A DNA stretch of 64,000 nucleotides from Eledone cirrhosa (lineage: Eukaryota): contig OZ024748.1 of NCBI GenBank assembly GCA_964016885.1, positions 5,084,001 through 5,148,000 of the forward strand. Reading direction: 5' to 3'. Positions 45,880 to 61,365 of this stretch are shown one piece after another. How positions within the stretch are numbered: position 1 is the first letter of the stretch; every line of letters begins with the position of its first letter. The position numbers and the translations under genes are program-made. A model generated the notes under the pieces. That model was given only the letters and a program-made list of their open reading frames with translations, searched no databases and was not told the origin of the DNA.

Positions 45880-46463
45880 AAGTCTGTCTCGAGCTCGGAG
45901 GCTCATCAGGTTGCTCCTTATTCTGGTTTCCGTGGCGTGAAGCGACTGAAAGTACAACACTCCCCACTGGACAGGATGCCAGCCCATCGCAAGGTTAAAC
46001 CCCATGCTATTGCTGGTACTCATTTTCAGCTGAGTATACTGGAGCAACGTGAAATAATTGTCTAAATGAAGGCGTTGCTTTAACATGACCGCAGTCTAAC
46101 TAAAAGCATTAAAGCAACAATTTCATAAAGAATGCACCACTGGTTTGTCTACATGGTCATGTAAACCACTAGAATTAGCAGGGAAATTGCAATCAAATCA
46201 CAGTTTTGTTTCAAATCTATGATATTTAATGAATCTTGCTCGGACTTATGATATGTATCTTGGTAAAACAAACAATCTATATGAAATGGAATAAAGTTTG
46301 CCCCCTTGGCGTATATCTGATGTATTGATGCTAAGCCCGTGGATATTGATGTGTTAGAGTCACCTCATATACACACACATATAGAGAGGGTCATGTAACT
46401 GTATATACTTAATATGTGTATATAAACACGAAGCCCTGCTGTTATGAGTACACACGCACACGC

Positions 46464-46507
<44 letters not shown>

Positions 46508-46815
46508 TTCTATGTGCGTACACACATTGACATATGTTTATTTTGCAATCGTGTATAACAATGTAAATCTCTATGTATATCTAAGTGTATGGAAGATGAA
46601 TGTGAATGTGTGTGTGTGTGCATGTATGTATGTATATGTGTGTGTACGTACGTGTGTGTGTGTGAGTGTATGTGTGTGTCCTGCTGTTATAGATGGATAT
46701 ACAAATATGTTAGCCTCACAGTTAGATTCTAATTTTATGGTATCAAATGAACACTCACCCTGAAGACAATAACAAAAACACCTCATAGAAACTGATTACT
46801 ATCCACACACACACA

Positions 46816-46920
<105 letters not shown>

Positions 46921-47024
46921 ATATAAATCAGTAAGTATGCATGCAAAGACACAATGTTCCATGTGGAGCCCTCAACTGATAACGTTTACTAAAGAGAATC
47001 ACTTGTATGTATTAAATCTGGAAA

Positions 47025-47579
<555 letters not shown>

Positions 47580-48944
47580 GCAGTAACGATGGTGATGGCA
47601 ATAATGATTCAAATTTAGGTGCAAGGCCAGCAATTTATGGGGTTACGCAGCGCATGGTTTTGAAATGATTCTTTAAATACTGGAGACCTTAACTAAAAGA
47701 CAGTGATAAAAACACTGAGCGAGAGAGACATGGAAAGATACAGACAGAAACAGAGAGAGTAAAAACAATCAGGTGGAAAATGAAGCAGAAAGAAGTATAT
47801 ATAAAAAAAAAACTAGTTGAAATATGAGTAAAAGATAGAGTGAAAGTAAAGGGCTTGAAGTGTGACATGATAAAATGTAAGAGAGATGATAAGTGCACCC
47901 TTAAATATCATTTGAAACGCCCAATGTTTTTTTTTTGTTTATTTTAAATAACTCCTCAAAATAATAAACATGAGAAATATAAAAGCTAAACACCCCAACC
48001 CATTTCAAATCTGGTTACGCAGTCCTCACTTGAAAATTGAAACTGGAGAATCCCAACCTCTAAAGTACACGACACTTTATTAATATTTAAGGAACATACC
48101 AAATGACTAAACTTTTAAAACTTAGTTTTAGTGCGTATAAAGTGTATATCTTTAAAAACTTTATATCTACATTACATTTCGATTAACTTTATCCCCAGGC
48201 ATCATCAGGAATATTTCTCTATCTTGAGATGTAGAATGTAGCGCAGACTTGACCCAATAACCATGATAAATGACATTCAAACCATGAAAATCTCATCTCT
48301 TTCCACATTGTTTATATCGGACTATATTATCCGACATGACCTAGGTTAGGGACATTAGTTGAATCTGGCATTAGCAACGCCAAAGGTGCAGAATTTAGGT
48401 GGACGATTGCTGGAATTTGGTCAGATTCTCCATTCTCATTCCTTTCGATGTGAAATTTACTTTCCGTTATTTCAGTGTCCATAAAACAATCTATCAGTTT
48501 GTATGTATCTATGTGAGTTAATATCGCCCAGATTTGAACATGGAGCGGCGCAGAGAAGAAGTGAGAAAGAGATATCGAGGTAGAATTCATCTCGCTACAG
48601 CCTGATACTTGATTTATCGACCTGATACGATGAAAAGCAAATTTGACTTCAACATAGCGCAGTGAGACCGAGCAAATACCAAGGCATTTTTAATCCAACG
48701 CCCTAATGTCTCTGCCAGTTCCACCTCCTCCTTCCTTTTCTTACATATAAGATATATTTTGGCCTACAATCAGACCTTTCAAATTTACATTATTGATTCT
48801 CGTGCATGGTAGATATAATTTGGCAGACGATACAACAGTAGATATCAATGACACAAAAGAATGAAAGGCATCTCAAATATACAAAATAATACGTGACCAA
48901 TAACTGACCGAGTTTATCTAAAGTTTACTACCACTACACGTACT

Positions 48945-49000
<56 letters not shown>

Positions 49001-49409
49001 ACAATAATAATGATTTCTACTATAGGCAAGAGACCAACAATTGAGGGGGAGGGGATAGTCGATTAAATTGACATCTGTGCATTACTGGTACTTTATTTCA
49101 TCGACCCCGTAAGGATGAAAGCAAAGGTAACATTAGTGGGATTTAAACTCAGAACGTAAAGGGGCGACAATTTGTGGGGTCGTAAAAGTCGATTACAACG
49201 CCCCCAGTACTTTAATAGTACTTTATATTCTGGTTTTTGAAAGTTCAATTCGGTAAGATGTGAATTCGGAGTACAGAGAGCCGGGATCATATACCACAAA
49301 CATTTTAAGGGACATTCCATCTCTACCAATTAACAACATGATTTGATATTGTATAAAGTATACACTGAAATGAAATTTTGGAAAATCTATCCCTTATCCC
49401 CTTTAAGAG

Positions 49410-49505
<96 letters not shown>

Positions 49506-49673
49506 AATTGTTTCTACTTTTGGCACAAGGCCAGCAATTTTATAGTGTATTGCTGGTACATTATTTTATCGACCCCGAAAGGAAAAGTTAACCTCGGCGG
49601 GATTTAAACTCAGAATGGCAAGGGCCGTAACTCTATGCGTCAAAGCATGGCCCCTACCGATACTGCCAATCCA
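49506..49673 (-). mobile_element. Same SINE family with internal deletions
   Basis: Sequence match. Confidence 0.8.
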
Positions 49674-49697
49674 TAAATATATATATAATATAATATA

Positions 49698-49754
<57 letters not shown>

Positions 49755-49922
49755 TAATAATAATCCCCGCTTCTTTTTTGGAACACTTCAAAAGGCATGC
49801 TTGCTGGGAACAGCAAGAACCCTCCGATACGTCCTGAATATCTGAGGCTGCAGGTAGTGGCTTGATATTCATTTCAACAAACTTCCCAGTTAACCTAAAT
49901 CAATGACTGAGACTCAAAGAAC

Positions 49923-50057
<135 letters not shown>

Positions 50058-50358
50058 TAACGTTAATTACTTATCTATGATATATCTATAATTTAAATTG
50101 ATTAAAAATCATTTTCGACTCACCACATTAAGTATGGTTGTCTGTGAGTTACTAAGTTCTATCTCGTTTATTTCATGTTCTATATAATAATGCGCTTCAA
50201 TGGCTGCTTGTTGTAAATAGTTGGTCAACTTACCGGAAAGTAATGGCCTCGGTAATGTTATTGTTCCAGTCAATTAATATAGAACCACAAAGGAAATGTG
50301 AAAGAAAAATAAGGATTAATAAGGGAGAAATAACACACGAACATATTTTATCATTCTG

Positions 50359-50389
<31 letters not shown>

Positions 50390-50399
50390 TTTTTTTTCT

Positions 50400-50525
50400 C
50401 TTTCTCCATCTCTCTGTGTATATGTACGTAATATATATATATAAATATATATAAATATATATATATGCGTAGAAATGTCCATGACCCCCAGCAGACAACT
50501 GTTGAAGGGAAATCATGCCCCGTTC

Positions 50526-50574
<49 letters not shown>

Positions 50575-50762
50575 CTCTCTTTCTCTTTCCCTCTTGCTCT
50601 TTCTCTCACTCTATCTCTCTCTCTCTCCATCTCTCTGTATATATACGTAAGATATATATATATATATATATGCGTAGAAATGTCCATGACCCCCAGCAGA
50701 CAACTGTTGAAGGGAAATCATCCCGCGTTCGTCTCTCACTCTCTCTCTCTCTCTCTCTCCCT

Positions 50763-50854
<92 letters not shown>

Positions 50855-50942
50855 TCTCTCTCTCTCTCTCTCCATCTCTCTGTATATGTACGTAATATAT
50901 ATATATATATGCGTAGAAATGTCATGATCCCCAGCAGACAAC
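50400..50942 (+). repeat. Compound tandem repeat, 3 units containing (TA)n and (CT)n
   Basis: ctccatctctctgt..tacgtaa-(TA)n-tgcgtagaaatgtccatgacccccagcagacaact recurs at ~50405, 50625, 50870. Confidence 0.9.
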
Positions 50943-51174
50943 TTATTTATAAGTACACCTTATCCAGCAACTACACACGAGCGTCTACTGAAATGTTCAT
51001 AGGCTGGCCGCGAATGAATGATGCTAGAGCTGTACAATCTTACATGCAATAATTTCAACTCTTCTTCTCTATTAACTGTCTTGTCATTTTCTAGTTGAAA
51101 ATTTGTTGAAAATTTGAAAAATAAGTCTCATTTGGTCATTCACGAGAGAATCTTGGTCAGCCGACGTATACACA

Positions 51175-51293
<119 letters not shown>

Positions 51294-51514
51294 TATATAG
51301 TATATTTAGTATATATATATATATATATATAACCCTTGCATGCAGGGATAAGCGGACGTAAAATGATGATGATGATGATGATGTATATATATATAGAGAG
51401 AGAGAGAAATAGCCGTCGGAACGGCTTGAGCTCTGCTACCACTCTACTACCCTAAGTATTGAGTACTCTGGTGCGTTACCATCTGGGTTACTTATCACAA
51501 TTCCTTAGTTATAT

Positions 51515-51587
<73 letters not shown>

Positions 51588-51794
51588 CATAATACATATA
51601 TATATATAAATATAATTATATATACATATATACAATATATTATACATATATATACATATAATTATATATACATATATACATATATATACACACACATATT
51701 ATATATATATATATACATACATATATATATGTATATATACATACATATATATACATATATATACATCTATATATATATATATATATGTATGTAT

Positions 51795-52070
51795 ATATAT
51801 TGAAAGGATAACAAGGACGATTGGTTACTCCTTCATTACATTTATTGGTAGGTGACGCGCGTTTCGCCACGGATCAGCTCAAGGTTCGATCAGTATCGAT
51901 CCTACCCCACTCAATTTTAAAGGGTCCGTCGAGCTGCCGATCATTGAGTCGGGTAGGATCGATACTGATCGAACGTTGAGCTGCTCAGTGGCGAAACACG
52001 CGTCAGCAGCTACCAATAAATGTAATGAATGAGTAACCAATCGTCCTTGTTATCCTTTCAATATATTACA
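51795..52070. mobile_element. Family G fold-back element (arms ~51795-51915/51944-52065); diverged single-arm copy 40230-40340
   Basis: Inverted repeat; GTGGC-GAAACGCGCGTC hammerhead 3' half on minus, degenerate CTGCCGA-TCATTGAG..CTCAGTGG on plus. Confidence 0.7.
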
Positions 52071-52074
52071 CTAT

Positions 52075-52177
52075 CCCGCCGAGGTTGACTTTGCCTTTCA
52101 TCCTTACGGGGTCGATAAAATAAAGTACCAGTAATGCACTGGGTAATTGCTGGCCTTGTGCCTAAAGTAGAAACAAA
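52075..52177 (+). mobile_element. Same SINE family, 5'-truncated, interrupting the family G tail
   Basis: cccgccgaggttgactttgcc...agtagaaacaa. Confidence 0.8.
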
Positions 52178-52305
52178 TATATTACACTCTGTATAGGTCT
52201 ACACCTCATCACAGAAGTGAACCTAAACATCGAGTGCTCTCCCGGGTGAACCTGCAGCAACTCCAAGTTACACCCCCTGGATATATATATATAAATATAT
52301 ATATA

Positions 52306-52389
<84 letters not shown>

Positions 52390-52470
52390 AAGTGTGTGCG
52401 TGTATATGTGTGTGTGTTTAAGTGAAGGGGATTACAATATCAAACAGAGATGAGTGAGAATGCCATACAT

Positions 52471-52510
<40 letters not shown>

Positions 52511-52741
52511 GTGAGTGAGAGAGAGAGCGAGAGAGAGAGAGAGAGGGGAAGAAAGAAAGAGAGAGAGAGATAACGCACTTTGTATTGTACCAACATCCGC
52601 TTATAGAAAAAGGATAACAACGAGAGAGCGAGAAAGTATAAGGAAGAGAGAATGACAAAGAGAGACAGAGATGGGGTGTAAATAACTGTGTATTGTCTGG
52701 TAGAATCTCCAGCTTCCATAGGAAAATAATATCTACAATAA

Positions 52742-52927
52742 TAATTGTTTCTACTTTTGGCACAAGGCCAACCATTACACAGTACATTACTGGTACTTTA
52801 TTTTATCGATCCACTAATGATAAAAAGGCAAAGTTAACCTCGGCGGGATTTGAACGCAGACCATAAAGGGCCGTAACTCTTTGCTGCAAAGCATGGCGTC
52901 CGACCCTCTACAGATACTGCCAATCCA
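52742..52927 (-). mobile_element. Same SINE family, flanked by a 119-bp direct duplication
   Basis: Full-length match; flanks 52621-52739 and 52949-53067 near-identical. Confidence 0.85.
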
Positions 52928-53179
52928 TGATTATAATAACGATATCATCGAGAGAGCGAGAAAGTGTAAGGAAGAGAGAATGACAAAGAGAGACAGAGAT
53001 GGGGTGTAAATGACTGTGTATTGACTGGTAGAATCTCCAGCTTCCATAGGAAAGTAATATCTACAATTATAATGATTATTATAACTATCAGTGATACACA
53101 TCTTGAACAACTCTCTAAAACGTCTTCTTAGATCATTTAACAAGTTACTCTCTACTGGAGACTACGTAAGCATGGCACA

Positions 53180-53762
53180 ACATATGTGTATGTGTATGTA
53201 TATATATGTAACTTATGTATATATATGTGTGTATGTGTATGTATATATATATATATGTAACTTATGTATATATATGTGTGTATGTGTATGTATATATATA
53301 TATGTAACTTATGTATATATATCTGTGCCTGTGAGTGCGTGTATGTATATATATATATCTAACTTATGTATATATATGTGTGTATGTGTAGGTATATATA
53401 TATATATATGTATAAATATGTGTGCCTGTGAGTGCGTGAATGTATATATATGTAACTTATGTATATATATATGTGTGTGTGTAGGTATATATATATATAT
53501 ATATGTATAAATATGTGTGCCTGTGAGTGCGTGAATTTATATATATGTGTGTGTGTGTAGGTATATATATATATATATATATGTATAAATATCTGTGCCT
53601 GTGAGTGCGTGTATGTATATATATGTGTGTGTGTGTAGGTATATGTATATATATATGTATAAATATGTGTGCCTGTGAGTGCGTGTATGTATATATATGT
53701 GTGTGTGTGTAGGTATATGTATATATATATATGTATAAATATCTGTGCCTGTGAGTGCGTGA

Positions 53763-53830
<68 letters not shown>
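53180..53830 (+). repeat. Microsatellite-derived compound tandem repeat
   Basis: Recurring gtataaatat(c/g)tgtgcctgtgagtgcgtg and gtaacttatgta units. Confidence 0.85.
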
Positions 53831-53952
53831 ATGTATATATATATATATATATATGTACATATGTGTATGTGTTTGTACATCCATGTCTATGTGTGTGTCT
53901 GTGAGTGTATTAACATAAATAGATAAATAAATGTGTGCGTGCTTGCCTCTGA

Positions 53953-53995
<43 letters not shown>

Positions 53996-54217
53996 TATAT
54001 ATATGTGTGTGTGTGTGTGTGCGTGCCTGTGAGTATATATGTATTCATAAATACGTATATAGAGTTTGATATATAATGTATATATACAAACATACGTTGT
54101 ACATCAATTAGTCGTGTCAAAAGGTTTTATTTACACTTAAATGTAGATCTATATTAGTGATAAATAACATAACAAAGTCAAATATCATTAGCCAGGTGTT
54201 GTTTACTGAATCATTGT

Positions 54218-54277
<60 letters not shown>

Positions 54278-54305
54278 ACACACACATATTTATACATATG
54301 TGTGA

Positions 54306-54370
<65 letters not shown>

Positions 54371-54701
54371 CCACTGAGAGTGAAGGGTCCCTAGCCTTTG
54401 TCAGGGCATTCTTCTAGGAGAAGGCAACTCAGGAAACTGCGATAACGCCGACATAAAACCTGCGGCTCAGTAGTTACCGATGATATTGATCTTTTCTTCT
54501 TTTCGGGTTACAGCTACTGTCGCTCAGAGAGTGGGATTGGCTCAGTGCACAGTTTTTCCTCACTTTAAAAAATATCTTCACGCACAGGCATTGCACGATA
54601 GAATTAATTAATAATTATTAATAATGGTATATCGTGCAATGGCCATTCTCGATAACGAGGAGGCAGCCATCATATATATATATAAATATATATATATAAT
54701 A

Positions 54702-54893
54702 ATAATTGTTTCTACTTTAGGCACAAGGCCAGGAAATACCCAGTACATTACTGGTACTTTATTTTATCGACCCCGTAAGGATGAAAGGCAAAGTTAACCT
54801 TGGCGGAATTTGAACTCAGACTTTAAAGGGACGTAACTTTCTAGCAAGAAAGTATGGCGTCCAACCCTCTACCGATACTGCCAATTCACCGCC
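54702..54893 (-). mobile_element. Same SINE family
   Basis: Full-length match. Confidence 0.85.
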
Positions 54894-55113
54894 TTATATA
54901 TATATATATAAATAATAATAATAATACTATTTATAGTTATGTATATAGTATAAACAACTATAAACAGGTAGGTCAGTAATTTCTTATTACCTTATTACCA
55001 GTAAGAAAAAAAAAATATGTGTGACATAAAAGGACAAGGGGGTTAATGACAGAATAAATAGTAGCACAGAGAGTCTGACTCCTTGAAATATACACCTGTG
55101 ATATTTTATTTTA

Positions 55114-55525
55114 TCAGTTAAAATAGAGACCTCGTTCTTTCTTTTTAACATTAGGATAGTAGCCCAGGGAGAAGATAGGTTCTTTTATGGTTCTGATAAT
55201 AGTATCTGGGACTTTAGCATATCGGAGGGCCTCGATCATCCAAGAGTGGGGAACAAAGTCAAATGCTTTCCTGCAGTGCAACCAGACTGTAACCATATTT
55301 CTCCTAAGTTGTCGCACCTCTATTACTTTTGGTAATTAGGAGATTTTCACCACCCACAAAAAAACAAACACATTTTTTCCCATCTGCTTGATCATCTGTG
55401 ATGATGTTATTACTGTCGCAGTGATCTTGGAAAAATAGGTTCAGGCAGCCTGTATATCTTTATACATTAGGTTCTGGCATGCAATGTGTCAGTAGATTTT
55501 TTCGCAAGTGGAGGCTTTTTTCAGT
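55114..55525 (-). pseudogene. Degraded non-LTR retrotransposon reverse transcriptase fragment (R4/Dong/NeSL-like)
   Basis: W..CRKAFDFVPHSWMIEAL resembles WIDYKKAFDSVPHSW; upstream frameshifted IAC.N.MYK..TGCL...QDHC..NNII..DQ.G. Confidence 0.7.
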
Positions 55526-56511
55526 GGTTTCTAATTTAGGTACAAGTTTATTAATTTTGGAGTGGGTTCCACCCAGAAAGGACGAAAAGCAAAGTTGACT
55601 TCGTTGGGATTTGAACACAGGCTATAAGACTCCAAACAAATACCAGGAATCACTTTCCTGACGGTCCAAGTAAACTGAAAATTAGCTATCCCACCACAAT
55701 AGTAATGATTTTTAAGTTTAGACACAAAGCCAAGGATTTTTGGGGGAAGAGAAAGTCGATAAATCGTCCCCAGTACGTGATTATATTTCCTTTTATTGAC
55801 CTCTAGGAAGAGAGAAATGGTAAGATGACCTCGGTGGGATTCGAACTCAGAACGCAAAGTGCGGTAGTAAACACCGCAAAGCATTTTGACTGACAGTGTA
55901 ACGATGCTGCTTAAATACCATCCCCAAATATTGATTTCAAATGTTGGCATAAGGGTATCAGATATAGTGGAAAGATCAGAGTTGACTAAGTGAACTCCAG
56001 AGATATGACTGGTACTTTACGTTATCAATTCAGGAAGGATGAAATATAAAGTTGGCCTCACCAGGATTCGAACTCAGAAAGCTACGTGCTGTAACTAAAT
56101 ACCAGACAAAATGTTATCCAATTCTGCCAATCAACAACCCTCACTTCACTACTATAATAACGATAACTTCTATTTCAAACTTCTCCAACAATAGTCATTC
56201 CTCAAATTAGTAGAATGGACATTTTAAAGAACTTCATATTACCTTTATGTCAAATGTAAATTCAATATTTAATGGTATGTTTTAGAAGTCATAGAGTCTA
56301 ATGACCTTGTCTTTGGAGAAAACGGTGAAATGAATAATTCATTACTCGTAATGTGTAGGGGAAGGTCCGAGGAGTGCAGGTAGGGTCTGATAAGGTCTCT
56401 GGAAGAATTACCTTGATTATAAACATATGGTGTTTGAAGACAGCTGTAGGCTTAAATTCTATCATGTGTCTTTTAACACATTCTGAAAATGCGTATCCGA
56501 TCTAGGTTTCT

Positions 56512-56555
<44 letters not shown>

Positions 56556-56745
56556 GACTGTGTGTTGTTTTAGACATGTAACACTCACCAACAACCCTTC
56601 ATATCCTCGAGGTGAAATAATGAGTCAGACGTCGGTGATGGATTTAGGAATTTATTGTTCGAAACAAACTCTTAGAGATATACGGAAATAGGAAATAAAA
56701 GAAAAATCATAAAACAAAATCAAAGCAGTGTTTTCAATATAATAC

Positions 56746-56824
<79 letters not shown>

Positions 56825-57676
56825 TTATACACCTGAAGCTAACTAAGTCTAGTAGATTTCTTCCTCTGTATACTTCAAGTATTTTCTTATTTTGCCTCCC
56901 ACTTCATTATCAGAGCTTTAGATATATAACATGAGACCATCGATATCTACATCTAAATTTCTTCTCTAACGCGGAAACTAAGGCAGAGAATGTTCGTCCA
57001 TGCATGTAAGTCTCTCCTATCTACTCCTTCACCAATGTTGGTCAAGCAAAAAGCAGCCCCTGGTATATCTTGAGTGGTGCTACAGCAAACATTACGGTAC
57101 ACGTTTGGCTTACACTAACAACAAGAATCAAGACAAACATGGAGAGAACAAAAACTGAACAGCGTACAATTACTTACACACTGAAGGAGGTTTAACTGAA
57201 TACCTTTAGATACACAGCACAAATATAAAAACAATATACCATTCAAGACAATGTGAGCATTCTCTTTATACATGAATAAGTTCATTATAGGGGGTATATT
57301 GGATTGCTACATTTAGCAGTTAAAACAACCCTCTAGAGGCACTGTCAGACAGGTCCATTATTCTGTTTATGTTGGTGTTGCTTTTCATTAAAAATCGGCT
57401 GCCATGGGAGGGATGTTCTGTTGTTATGTCTAGCATGTCGAGTGATAGCGTGGAGAAACTTATGTTGGGCTTTTTTTTTTGTATGTTGTTGTTGTGGTTC
57501 TTAGCATTCCCCCTATATTTATTGTTTTTGTTGATAATAATATTATAAGAGGCGGTATAATCATAATTATAAAATATTTCGAAGTAATTTAATTTCTACA
57601 AAACTGTTTTTAGATTTGTTTCATTTCTATTGCTTCCCTAATCAAATAAACGTGTGATTAGACGATTAAACGATTA

Positions 57677-57713
<37 letters not shown>

Positions 57714-57721
57714 TAAAATAT

Positions 57722-57772
<51 letters not shown>

Positions 57773-57875
57773 TGTATGTATATATATATATATTTATATA
57801 TATTTATATATATATGTATATGTATATATTTATTTATATATATATGTATATATATACATTTATTTATATTTATAT

Positions 57876-57906
<31 letters not shown>

Positions 57907-57960
57907 TGTATATATATATATTTATATATATTTATATATATATATACATATATGTATATA

Positions 57961-58044
<84 letters not shown>

Positions 58045-58568
58045 TATATAATGCACACACATATATATATATATATTTATATATATATATATATATAATG
58101 CACACACATATATATATTTATATATATACGTAACACATATAGCCCTAACGTGTCCCAACAATTCTGACGTCTGGTATTAAGACGATATATAGACACGTAA
58201 CCCTAACCTTCACATGTCCCTACCACACCAAAAGTCTGGGAAATGTGTTTATGTCTTAAGCCTATGATTCATTATCATTTAGCATTTATTACCAATTCCA
58301 AACTATAATAAATTGGACAACTTTTCTATTAAATTAATAGCTATTTCAGCCAGGAAACTGTTGAATTATAAGAATTACAATTTTTTACAGAAAACCAAAA
58401 CAAAACAGAAAAAATTGTTTATAATGTATTTTTTAAAGAAATATATATATAAATAGGAGAAAAATGAATTAAAAGACAAAATAATATCTACCCAAGTGAA
58501 TTATGTTTTGTGTTTATAACTGAAAATCATATTACCTAATTTCATTATATCATTTCTTTGACAGCTTA

Positions 58569-58667
<99 letters not shown>

Positions 58668-59631
58668 TTGTGAGAGAGAGAGAGAGGATAGTGAGAGAGA
58701 GATTGTGAGAGAGAGATTGTGTGAGAGAGAGAGAGAGAGAGAGAGATATACGATCAACGGATGGACTTCTATTTGCTTCAAAGTTGTGTGTTGAAAACTA
58801 TTCATTCCCAGTGAATGTGTAAGTGGCTGAGTATTCCTAAGACAACTGTAATCTCAGGAGTATCCAAACGTAGCATAGTGTGTGGAATGATTAGCGATTC
58901 GAATTAGTGTTAAAATCCATCAGACGAGCTTCAAAATAGTTTCCGTCTATCAATTTCACTCATATGGCATGGGACAAACAAACGTTATGGTAAATGACAC
59001 TGACTCAAAATGACGCTGGCCTCAAACATGGAACCTAATGATTGTGAAATGAACAACATAACCATGTCTCCATACAGTCTGTCTGTGTGTGTGTGCGTGC
59101 GTGTGTAAGTATATGAGTGTGTGTAAGTATATGGGTGTATGCAAGTTTGTGTATATATAAACTCACATATATATGTGTGTGCGTGTGTGTGTAAGTATAT
59201 GGGTGAGTGTGAATTTGTGTATACATAAACTCATATATATATATATGTGTGTATGTGTGTGTATGCACGCGCGCGTGTGAGTGTAAGTATATGAGTGTGT
59301 TTGAGTTTGTGTATACATACACTCACACATATATATGTATTTACACACACACACATACACACACATATATGCTTATATATATGTCTGTGTTGTGTGTTGT
59401 GTATGTGTTTCCGTGCACGTTAAAATAGCTAAATTCTCAATTCTAATTTATTACCTCTATCGAGTTTGAGGCCAATATATTTATTACCATTTTATTATTA
59501 ACGATTTCAAGCATACCTAATTGATCTAATCGGCTGTAACCATCACCTGTGGTGATCGTTATAGCCAATTAGATCGAAGACTAAACTGAACCGATACTTA
59601 TTTCAGTGACATCGGAAAAAAGAATCAGAAC

Positions 59632-59710
<79 letters not shown>

Positions 59711-59727
59711 ACGCAATCGGTACAGTA

Positions 59728-59907
59728 TATGGAAGGAATATATTAGGTTAACGCTTGAAATAGGAATAGGGCCTTAACGTTTCGAACGCTAGTCCTTCAT
59801 CAGAAGAAAGAATGAGAAATTAGAAAGATTGAAGGGACAGGCGGGGCGTGGAATTGGAAAAAGTGTGTTTAGAGAAAAATAACAGGTCCATTCATGTTGC
59901 CACCTAT

Positions 59908-59910
<3 letters not shown>
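59728..59910 (-). mobile_element. Family C2 element with minimal hammerhead (59772-59807)
   Basis: Minus: TCTT-CTGATGA-A-GGAC-tagc-GTTC-GAAACGTT-AAGG; homologous to 12965-13125. Confidence 0.75.
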
Positions 59911-59967
<57 letters not shown>

Positions 59968-59973
<6 letters not shown>

Positions 59974-60160
59974 GTTTAATATAGAAATCGCTTCTACGGA
60001 CTGCAACTGTTTCATTCAAAAGAAAGCATTAGGAAACCCCTTTTCTTTTGAACGAATAAGTTCTAGTCCTATAGAAGCCATTTCTATATTAAACATGATG
60101 TTTACACTCTACTAATGTATTTAATGTTGTTACTCCTGATTGAATCCGAGACTACCCCAC
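59968..60160. mobile_element. Degenerate family A fold-back element
   Basis: Imperfect inverted repeat catcatgtttaatatagaaat...atttctatattaaacatgatg with decayed hammerhead halves. Confidence 0.6.
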
Positions 60161-60944
60161 CCCCCTTCTCTCCCTCTCTCACTCTCTCTCTCTCATATAT
60201 ATATATAGTTTCAATGTTAGGGGTGATTTCCTAGCATTAATAGCAGCGTGAAATCAAACAACTTGATGAAGTTTACAACCACCCGATACTACATTATGAT
60301 TTTTAAATTAACGCCTACCAACATTAAATAATTATACATTTTTAAGTATGAAAGTATAAATTATGTACCAATATAATTAAAAAGTACATGTTTCATATAT
60401 TCTGTCTCGAGCATTAAAAATATACCCACCCACTTCTAATATCCCTTTTAAAGTTTCTAGTATATTAAACTAATTTAAATTAAATTGCTAAACAGGTGTT
60501 TCTTTATAATTTAAATTAAATTGCTAAACAGGTGCTTCTGTATAATTTACACTTTGACTTTCACACTCTGTTTCCTATTAAAAGCTTGTATGCAATTATA
60601 TGTATTAATATTTATAATAAAAGATCATAAATTGTTGGTATTGTTGTTGTGGTTATTGTTATCATTGTTGTTGTTGTAATATGGGAACATGATTTTGGAT
60701 ATTTATTTATACGAGAAAAAATAATGAAAATATTGAGACACTCATTTCCGTTTCTTAACCAAATATTTAAATAAAAATAATAAATAAATAAATAAATAAA
60801 TAAATAATGGAATACACTGGTGAAAGTGTTGTAGACTTAAAATAATAATGGTTTCTCATTCAGGCACAAGGCCAACAATTAGTGGAGAAAACTGTGCTAA
60901 TATAGATACTGTTAGTATTCAGAAGGAAGGACAGAGCTGGCTTA

Positions 60945-61365
60945 CAGAGTCTAGTGAGAGAGAAAGAAGTACAGAGATGGCTCAGATACTAGAGGTAGAA
61001 AGAAGTACAGAGATGGCTCAGATACTAGAGGTAGAAAGAAGTACAGAGATGGCTCAGATACTAGTGAGAAAGAAGCACAGAGATGGCTCAGATACTAGTG
61101 AGAGAAAGAAGTACAGAGATGGCTCAGATACTAGAGGTAGAAAGAAGCACAGAGATGGCTCAGATACTAATGAGAGAAAGAAGTACAGAGATGGCTCAGA
61201 TACTAGTGAGAAAGAAGCACAGAGATGGCTCAGATACTAGTGAGAGAAAGAAGTACAGAGATGACTCAGATACTAGTGAGAGAAAGAAGCACAGAGATGG
61301 CTCAGATACTAGTGAGAGAAAGAAGTACAGAGATGGCTCAGATACTAGTGAGAGAAAGGACAGTG
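60945..61365 (+). repeat. 34-36 bp minisatellite, ~11-12 copies
   Basis: Unit agaaagaag(t/c)acagagatggctcagatactag(aggt/tgag/tg). Confidence 0.95.

Noticed and set aside
45885-45915. Minus-strand CTGATGAGCC
   Set aside because: Lies within a SINE body, with no properly placed GAAA or stem III
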